DNA of 64,000 bases from Octopus sinensis (lineage: Eukaryota). Below are positions 54,055-64,000 of the stretch, one piece after another. Location: assembly GCF_006345805.1 (NCBI RefSeq), contig NC_043013.1:19778001-19842000 (forward strand), written 5' to 3'. The position numbers and the translations under genes were made by a program. Below the pieces are notes generated by a model. The model worked only from the letters and a program-made list of their open reading frames with translations, searched no databases and was not told the DNA's origin. Position 1 is the stretch's first letter, and the number at the start of each line of letters is the position of its first letter.

Positions 54055-54280
54055 TTCTTTATTACCCACAAGGGGCTAAACATAGAGGGAACAAACAAGG
54101 ACAAACAAACGGGTTAAGTCGATTATATCGACCCCAGTGCGTAACTGGTACTTAATTTATCGACCCCGAAAGGATGAAAGGCAAAGTCGACCTCGGTGGA
54201 ATTTGAACTCAAAACGTAGCGACGGGCGAAATACCGCGAAGCACTTCGCCCGGCGTGCTAACGTCTCTGCCAGCTCACCG
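54055..54280 (-). mobile_element. SINE family S1, full length
   Basis: Reverse complement of the 21020-21248 type. Confidence 0.9.
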
Positions 54281-54583
54281 CCTTTGGTGTGTCAAAGTTC
54301 GTCTATGTCACTGAACTCAGGGTAATATAAAAACATATTGTCTCAAGAGAGAAGTAGTTCTCGGAATCTGTTAGGCTTCGTACATATATGTAAGGGGAGC
54401 AGCCACCAAGAAAAATCAGAATGAAAATAAAAAAAAAAACATATTCTTTTATTCTTTTACTTGTTTCAGTCATTTGACTGCGGTCATGCTGGAGCAGCAC
54501 CTTGAAGGGTTTTAGTCAAACAAATCGACTCCAAATTTTTTAAAGCCTATTACTTATTCTATCGGAATCGTCTGCTGAAACAC

Positions 54584-54658
<75 letters not shown>

Positions 54659-55099
54659 ACATGCCGATATGGTGATGAAAGGGGAATCCGGACTTCCTGT
54701 AATATTTTCATCTGATTGGTCACCGGTTGACTATGATTTTGTGCATATATCACCCGTAAACTATGTTTATTCTGAATGTTTTTGTCACCCTGAAACTGCT
54801 GTCGGCATAAGACGTGACGTAATTTCTATCCCTATACATATTTTTTTAAAAATCTGTATTATCTGTGCTACATGTAAATATACATATCAACCCTAATTAT
54901 TTTTATCTACCTAACTACCTCTATAGCATCTCGATTTTGATTACCCTGGACGAAATCGGAATTTAAGTTCAAATTCATTTGTGCACTACAATTTCTTTTC
55001 TATACTGAGCTAATTTTGCTCTCACCTACTGATATCACACACACAAACACACATACGCACACACACACATACACACACGCACACACACATTTATACACA

Positions 55100-55390
55100 C
55101 GTGAAGCGGCATGACCCAGTGGTTATAGTGTCGTGCTCACAATCATTAGGTACTGAGTTCGATTCTCAGACCAGTGTGTGTTGTGTTCTTGAGCAAGGCG
55201 TTATATTTCTCATTATTCCAGTTCACTCAACTGCAGAATTGAGTTGCGATGTTACTGGTGTCAAGCTGAGTCACCCTTTGTCTTTCTCTTAACATTGGTG
55301 GGGTGTAGAGGGCAGGCTGATATGCATGGGTGACTGCTCGGAGGGTAACCTTCTAGCTGCAATTTCATTTTTATTCATGATCAAGAAGAG
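55100..55390 (+). mobile_element. tRNA-derived SINE family S4
   Basis: A-box TGACCCAGTGG 55112-22; B-box GAGTTCGATTC 55155-65; tgtgttcttgagcaagg core. Confidence 0.7.
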
Positions 55391-55631
55391 GTCTTTACCT
55401 TTTACCCTTCACATATACACACACACACACACACACCAAATGTAGGTACATAGGTAGGTAGGTAGGTAGGTAGGTAGGTTGGTGGGTAGGTAGGTAGGAG
55501 CCAACAATAACGTATGAGCTAAGAGTGAATAAAAGATGTAGATTATATAGAAATGTTTGTAATTCGTTTGAGATTAGTGTAGTAGCATGAGTAATGTGAC
55601 GTAACGACTATTTTTCACTTCAAACCAACTG

Positions 55632-55687
<56 letters not shown>

Positions 55688-55754
55688 TATAATAATAACA
55701 ATAAAAATAATAATAATAATCATAGTAATAATAATAATAATAATGATAATAATA

Positions 55755-55812
<58 letters not shown>

Positions 55813-55813
55813 C

Positions 55814-55860
<47 letters not shown>

Positions 55861-56384
55861 TAATAATAATAATAATAATAATAATTACAACAGCAACAAA
55901 AACAACGGCAACATTAATAATGGAGATAAAGAAAGAAATGATGCAACCAGGGTGAGATACAGCGCTCAGTGCGGAGCAGACAACCTTATCAAAATATCAA
56001 ATAAATCCATTTGACTTATTCCTGGACAGACGTAATATCAATATATTTCTTGATTTCATTGTCCGGAAAAGCCTCTGACGAATGCCACAAACAATAAAAA
56101 AAACAAGAATATATAAATACATACATACGCATACATACATATGTATGTGTGTGTATAATATATAAATACATATATATTTATATACAGACATATATATATA
56201 TATGTGTGTGTATGTGTGTATTATGCATTTTACCAGTCGCCTTTGTTATTTGCTTTTTATTGCGTTCTTGTTTGGATTTTCTTCTTTCGTTGTTACTTTT
56301 ATTACTAAGCAATTTTTTTTATAGTCCCACTATTTCTTTTGTTTATAACCTCTCTTTCATTCTCTGGTTTTCTTTCACTTTCAC

Positions 56385-56440
<56 letters not shown>

Positions 56441-56701
56441 AACAGAGACAAACACATACACACACATTTATATGAGTTCCCTCTTTTCAGTCTCTCGCCA
56501 TCTCTCTTCCACTCTCTCTTTCACTCTCTCACTACATGTGTTCCTTTCAAATTGGTGTACGTTTGATACAATATCTTAGTATAACCGCATTCATAACATA
56601 CACGTACGAAAACACTCATATAAATATATACAAACAGGAACACTCACATAAGCACATATAGACGCATATATACATGTACACATATTTTCATAGGTATACA
56701 A

Positions 56702-56752
<51 letters not shown>

Positions 56753-56784
56753 CAGATATGCATACAAATAGATATATACATGTC

Positions 56785-56837
<53 letters not shown>

Positions 56838-56842
56838 GTGTG

Positions 56843-56896
<54 letters not shown>

Positions 56897-56904
56897 CGTG
56901 TAGT

Positions 56905-57050
56905 TGCAGGCGTGGCTATGTGGTAAGAAGCTTGCTTCCCAACCACATGGTTCCGGGTTAAGCTCCTTTGCGTCGCACTTTCAGCAAGAGTCTTCTAGCC
57001 TCAGGGCGACCAAAGTTTTGTGAATGGATTTGGAAACTGAAAGAAGCCCG
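56905..57050 (+). mobile_element. SINE family S2 head
   Basis: gcaggcgtggctatgtggtaagaagcttgcttcccaaccacatggttccgggtt. Confidence 0.85.
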
Positions 57051-57107
<57 letters not shown>

Positions 57108-57176
57108 AGATAGATAGATAGATAGATACACGTCCAACGAAATGCATCAACCACAATACTACTTCAGCTACATCTG

Positions 57177-57207
<31 letters not shown>

Positions 57208-57239
57208 ACTACTACTACTACTACCACTATTACTACTAA

Positions 57240-57280
<41 letters not shown>

Positions 57281-57429
57281 CTCATATGACGAATGAAGAT
57301 AAATTGCGGTTAATATTGTAGTTTTTTCTTCAGACGTTTTTCAGAAGTAGAAGGCGGAGGCGGAGGAAGAAGAAGAAGAAGAAGAAGAAGAAAAAGAAGA
57401 AGAAGAAGGAGAAGAAGAAGAAAAAGAAA

Positions 57430-57460
<31 letters not shown>

Positions 57461-57496
57461 TAATAATAATAATAATAATAAGAAGAAGAAGAAGAA

Positions 57497-57527
<31 letters not shown>

Positions 57528-57952
57528 AAGAAGAAGAAGAAGAAGATAAAGGAGAAGACAATTTTCCACCAGTTACGGGTTTTAGTGTCACAGGCTGCGA
57601 AAGACAATGTTTTAATCAGAGAAGAGAGGAAATCAGTTGATCAGCAGATGTTATGATAATGTTAAAGATAAGTGGAAAAAGGAGATATCTACTTCAAGGT
57701 AATGAGATATCAGCAGCTATTCCACCCGGAATATAGTTTTATATTTATACCTGTAATTACTGGGGTATTACGACGAAACGTAACTGTCTCTATTGATCTG
57801 GAGAAGTTGAAAGGAGCAAGCCAGGAAGGACATTACTAATTACGAAATTACAGGTATAGACAATTGATGGAATGGTGTAAGAAACATGTGAAATATGCTA
57901 AAGTTTAGTCTACATTTCTTTGTATATGTATATATATGTCCGTGTGTGTGCG

Positions 57953-58012
<60 letters not shown>

Positions 58013-58084
58013 CATATATATGAAACTTATATATATATATACCTTATATATACGTACACACACATATATATATACGTATATATA

Positions 58085-58307
58085 TTACGGAGATGTGCTT
58101 GCATATCAAGTGATTTGATCTGAGATCGTGTGCTGGAACGAAAACAATTGCAGCGTGGAAGGTGTTTGTAAGTCATTAAGAAGAGGTCGCGGTCTTACAG
58201 CAACGAAAATATTTTGACAAATTAAACATATATGTTGAAGTGAATCGAACGGCTTTTGCGTGTTTCTTAAATGGCTTACAAACACCTTCCACGCTGCAAT
58301 TGTTTAC
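58085..58307. mobile_element. Family H4 insertion with inverted 5' segment and truncated HHR
   Basis: 58085-58180 is the reverse complement of the H4 3' end; 58181-58305 is forward H4 starting inside the HHR core; (TA)n on both sides. Confidence 0.8.
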
Positions 58308-58487
58308 ATATATTATATATATATATATATATATATGTATTCCTTTAATCTTTTACTTGTTTCAGTCATGTGACTGAGGTAATGCTGGTGTCGAACAAAT
58401 CGACCGCAGGACTTATTCTTTGTTTGTATGTATATATATATATATACATAGAGTGAGAGAGAGAGAGAGAGAAAGAGAGGGATCGAC

Positions 58488-58573
<86 letters not shown>

Positions 58574-60073
58574 AGGCAGTCAGACTCTCACACACCCGCA
58601 CACAGTTGGTGTTACACGGATGCATGTCTATATTCGGAAACATCTGTCAACATATATATATTTCAGACACGCAATCCCATACATATATGCAGACATACGC
58701 GTGGGCTTATGTACTTACACATACATATGTAATACTTATATGCATATGCGAATTCATGAATATACTCGCCTATATTCATACAAGCGTATGTATAAGCATA
58801 TAGGTATTTCATATTTTAAAGAGGATATTACATTTATAGGTATTAAATATGGATAGGTATTTCGTATTTCAAAGGGGATATTATATCTATAAGTATTACA
58901 TATGGATATATATATTTTATTAAAATAATTTAAAGTTTCACAAAAAAATTATAGTTATTTTGCCTGGATGTAAGTCAAATAGATAATTTTGGCTGTTGGA
59001 TTTTATAGATTTAGGGTGTGTAGTTCTATTAAGCTATTAATATATAGTGTGGCATGGTTATAGTTTTAAAAATTGAATTGAAGATTTTAGTGTGACATTA
59101 AATCATATCAATAAATCACTCTTGTTTAATTAATTCTCATGTGTCTACTTGAAAAACCTTTTTCATCTCTTGTAGTATCTAGGGTCCCTTTTCTTTTCAT
59201 TAATTTATAGATTTCCTCTTGGCATAATCTACAGAACTTGTTAATTTTGTAAGAAGGTGCATGTGCTAAAATGTATGAAATTAACTTTTTTTTGTCTTTG
59301 AGAATTGACTTAGTTATGTTAAGTTAAGTTAAATTAATTTTTTGGCTCAAAAAGCAAAAAGCAAGGCCATGTAGGGGGACACGGAGTTATGTACGGGGTG
59401 GTGTTCATGCAAAGAGTTCAGGCCATTTGTGGTGAAGGGAGACTTTGAACCGAGCGGTCATCGGCATCTTCACTATCTCGTCCGGCAGATACTTAGTAAA
59501 AACTAAGTATCTATTTGAAAATATATATACCTCCTTATTTGGTATTTCTCAGCGTAGATACAAATACACCTTGACCAGTGTTTTCATAGAGAAAATGTCT
59601 GTTTCTCATATTACATATATTAGAACCCATTTAATGTGTTTTACTCTTGATTCAAATAGACATGACTGGAAGAACGAATATAATAATCGCAAAATGATAA
59701 CTAAGAAAGAATCTGTCTGATTGAAACGTCTTTTTAGTTTTTCTATCAGCAGCTAACGAGTACAAATCCGACTATTACGATTTTCTGCTTCTGAATATTT
59801 ATTTGAGTCCATTTGTAAAATAAAAAAACAAATGTATAGCAACATGAAAAATGAAATCTATAATCAATTTTAACATCAAATCTCCATTACAGAAATATAA
59901 ATGAATTTGTTGAACATTCTTTAATACGTTAAATCATATACTGATTATTTCTATACAAGCTTTCATACCTATACGAATTTATATAAGAACAATTTGAAAG
60001 TAAAATATGATGAAAAGACATAACGAAATATTTCGAAATAATTCCAATTAAAGGAAGAATTTATATTCATCCG

Positions 60074-60117
<44 letters not shown>

Positions 60118-60239
60118 TGTGTGTGTGTGTTTATGTATATATGTATATATGTATATATCTCTGTGTGTGTATACATACACACACACACACACATACATAT
60201 ATATATATACGTATATATATATATATAGGAGATCTTCAA

Positions 60240-61190
60240 GCACCACTTTATAATCGCCCTAAAATTAAGCGGCTTTTATGACCATATTTTCTACATCCCT
60301 GACACCAAATTCAAAACTAAATTAGCTAATTTAACATCTCATAGTAACTCTGATATAATTAAAATAACCCCCTCATTTAATTATAAACCTATAAGAAAAC
60401 TTGTGATTAACCCTACCAAATTTTTTATAACTAGAAATTTTAATAAACATGATCCCTCTATGCCCAAACACTCGGATGGGGTAACTCACTCTAAATCTAG
60501 GAAAACACAAATTATATGGTTTGCCCGTACCCCGTTTTCGCTAAGAGTTAAAAATCTACCTCAACAGTTTTTCAAAAGTCTTAAACTAAATTTCCCTAAG
60601 CACCATAAAAACTATCCTATATTTAACAGAAATACCATAAAATTATCTTACTCTACCACGCTGAACTTGGGTTCAATTATCGCCTCTACAAGCAGGAATA
60701 AAATTCCACTCCAAATTAATAAAAGCCCAAACAGCTCCAAATAATATTAATAATACTAAAAGTATCAATAGAAAGCCAAAAACCTGAAATTGTAGGCACA
60801 CTGAATTATGTCCGTTCGCCGGTCTATGTCTACGCAAAAATGTAATATATAAATGTACAGTGACAAATGAAAAACAGTAAACTAGGGTATATATAGGAAG
60901 TACCAAAGACTTAAAAAAAACGGAATAGAATACACGTAAATTCCTTTAATAAGTTAAAACATAGAAACTCTACGGTGTTAGCACGCTATATACACAATCT
61001 AAAATTACAAAACATTAATTATACATTGTCTTGGTCGATCATAGATGAGGCCCCACCATACAATACCATTACCGGCAGATGTCGATTGTGTATAAAAGAA
61101 TCCTACATAATCCTTCGCATTTTTTATTTCACTGTTTGAAATAAATTTTCTGAAGCTATTCATTCGTGTAACCATAGATATTATTCAACT
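60240..61190 (+). mobile_element. Penelope-like element remnant (RT thumb, Cys linker, GIY-YIG endonuclease)
   Basis: RKTQIIWF..PFS...FPKHHK..IFNRNTIKLSYS; NCRHTELCPFAGLCLRKNVIYKCTV...*TRVYIGST; STVLARYIHNLK...WSII..APPY..TGRCRLCIKE; follows a (TA)n tract. Confidence 0.85.
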
Positions 61191-62314
61191 TTCAAGAGTA
61201 AATTTAAATTTGAACCCACATAGTAACATTTTCTATAATACAACAATATATTGCCGCTTGGATATAATTTAAGAAAAAAAATATAAGAAACTCCCACCAG
61301 CCCTCTTAATAATTTCCATAACGCGTATGACTCTGATATGAAACATAAATTAATTAATACTTGCAAAACCATTTAATACATTTCTAGCACAAACACTATT
61401 CTTTTCTTTTTCCTTGATGATGGGGGCATTCCTTAGAAGTGAATCGTAAGATTCATGTGTACTCTTTGAATGAACTCTAGAAATGATCGTCGGAATATTT
61501 GATTTCCTTTAAACATGGTACCAAAAACTCTTTTTAAACATCTATTACTCCTTCCATTCCATAATTTATTTTGAATTTTTAAAAGAAATATCTTTCTATA
61601 TTTCATTATTCTTATCTATATTTTTATCTATACTCTATTATATTTATATATCTAAATATCTATTTGTCTTTGCGTATTTTTAATATTCATATATATTTTT
61701 ATGTTTCTATATCTTTATATTCTGAATGAATTAATAAATGTTTTAGACAATTCTACCTTGTTAAATACGTATATGTATACACCAATCGTAGTCTTCTTGG
61801 ATTGAACTTCTCTCTATCTCTTCTACTTGTATAGCATTTCGGGCTTGACTCGGGCACTTCCGTCCTTTCTATGCTTTTCTAAAAAAATTTTAATTTTTTG
61901 AAAGAAGAGCCACTCATACTTTTTTTGTAATTTCAGCTCATAGTTGTGGCCATGCTGGAGTACCGCCGTTTTGCTACACTGTTATTCCTGAGAGCCCCTT
62001 CTAATATGTGGCACTTGGTGTAGAATGGAGTTTAATGTAGCTACTCTCATTTGCACCTCCTGCCGTTAGGTATGTTCATTTGGAACTCTCGACAGGAAAA
62101 GCTCCAGCCTTATTCAAAAGTGCATATAATTCCTTTTACTTCAACAAAGAAACCTTCGTATTTGGATAGCGAACGACTTAAGCCGAAGTTGCGCTATTAA
62201 TCTTGAACGCACACACATTCATATTTATACCATTGTGTTTGTCCGTGTCTATGTGTGTGTTCAAGTCTTGTCAGTATTTTTAAGACGGAACGTGAAAGAA
62301 ACCCGTCTTCTATG

Positions 62315-62354
<40 letters not shown>

Positions 62355-62546
62355 ATTGAAGAAATGGAGTTGAACGAAGATTGAACAGAATTCCTTTTAT
62401 TGCATTCTACACATGTTTCAAAAGCCACAATTTTTCAAATTCTGATTAAATAAGGATACCATATTGTGGCTTTCTCTTCTGCTGTGATTTTTGCTACCAA
62501 GGTATCGGTTAAACTTTTGATTAATCTGCAACAAGATTATTCATCT

Positions 62547-62625
<79 letters not shown>

Positions 62626-64000
62626 TCAAAATTGTACTGCGCATTAAGATCACCCTTAGTAATGTAAACATTGTCGATCGCACAAATGTATTGTATTTGT
62701 TTGGTTTAAACGCCCACTTGCTGTGGCATATTGTCCGGGGAAACCTTCGCACACGATGGCAAGTGTTCATGAAGAGCGAGTGTTCTACACCTGACGAGAC
62801 AACTTGCCCCGACGATGGCAACATTTCCCCATTATTGCAGCTTATCAATACCATGTATTTTGATTACCTGGAAAAATAAATGATCACTGGTCTTGGACTT
62901 ATATGCAAACAGAGATCTGTTTATTTGCATATTAGATGCTTATCAGATGCTCTTTTTATGGTAAATATTGATTTTGATTTATCACTGTTGATGTTGATGT
63001 GTAGAAGTGATTAATAACTGGGCACTATGCCGTTCTGTTAAAGCATCAGTGACTTCATATATAATAAATTATATACAAAGCTGTATATATTCAACACAGA
63101 TGGGGATATATTTGCAGTTACTAAACATTTATGCGTGTCTATATAGAACTATGAGTTAAACAAACATGGCAATATGGCAAACAACTATAGCGCCCGAAAT
63201 ATTGACTTTGAAGCCATTTTTTTAATAAAATACGCCAACTTGACCACTGAAATATTATCTTTTCATCAAAATTATATATATATATATAATATATATATAT
63301 ATTATATATATATATATATTATATATATATATATGTATGTATATATTTGCATATATGTATGTATGTATATATATATATGTATATATATATGTAATGTATG
63401 CATGTATGTATATATATATATATGTATAGGATTCTCTTAATATACTTACTTGAAGTTCTGCCAATGTTTTGGCGCTTCTCTTGGCAGAATTTTAACAAAT
63501 ATTTCCAGTTGGAGTGCAATGGATTGACATATCAAATGAAACTTGCTGAAGTTTTCATGTAAATAAAAGGAATGTAATTTTGGAAAACTGATAAAATCAC
63601 GAGGTGCACACTGAACTGTAAGAATACAACAAACAATAGCGTTCATTCTGAATACGCTCTGGCAGATTCGCACGTGAATATGCGGATCACTGTTGTATCT
63701 CGTCATGAGAGGATACATCCCCACTTTAGACAATGTGTGCTTGTATCACAAGCTGTTACTTGATGTTTGGAACCTTTGAGACACTACTATGTATCAACTT
63801 TATTGCGTCTTAACAAGCAAAACTTTACTCGGTTCAATAATTGCGTTATAACATCTAACATTTTCTCCCATTGATATAAAGTTGTTAAGTAACTGCGATG
63901 GTCCGCGGACATTTTCGACTTTATCTCTCACTTCCCCGATATGTATGGCAGAGCAGTATTGTTGACCCTGTCACAATATTTATATATTCCAGGGACAGAA

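Noticed and set aside
59335-59430. Probable repeat 3' end (ggctcaaaaagcaaaaagcaagg...)
   Set aside because: No second copy or diagnostic motif in the window to support a call
61825-61890. Minus-strand AGCAT-A...GCCC-GAA-ATGCT, resembling hammerhead stem III
   Set aside because: No CUGANGA strand or stem I partner found nearby
62780-62830. CTGACGA and CCGACGA in a TA-adjacent segment
   Set aside because: No GAAA or stem III in either the canonical or the reordered arrangement

Overview
AT-rich, microsatellite-saturated eukaryotic DNA with no recognisable host gene. The SINE families and repeat landscape look like an octopod (Octopus-type) cephalopod genome; this is an inference from recalled repeat sequences, not a search. 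Nearly all ORFs in the track are translated microsatellites. The real content is mobile DNA. (1) About 12 fragments, from several distinct families, of R4/Dong-type non-LTR retrotransposons with a C-terminal restriction-like endonuclease (RLE). Those with flanking arrays sit in (TAA)n with the sense strand on the TAA strand. (2) Four tRNA-type SINE families. (3) RTE and CR1 fragments, two Tc1/mariner remnants, a Helitron and a hAT-like MITE. (4) A Penelope-like (PLE) RT-thumb/GIY-YIG remnant and several small (TA)n-flanked elements carrying hammerhead ribozyme (HHR) motifs. The main candidate novelty occurs at three loci (694-766, 1056-1134, 34106-34178) from two sequence-unrelated families. 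Each holds the HHR core nucleotides (CUGANGA, GAA-A, U-H) and helices, but the strands are in a non-canonical, pseudoknotted order, with an extra helix that shows compensatory changes and an upstream anti-core leader resembling a 3' splice acceptor. A separate tandem element carries a minimal HHR with a G3-C8 swap of the conserved C3-G8 pair. All pairings were derived by hand; no folding or database search was run.
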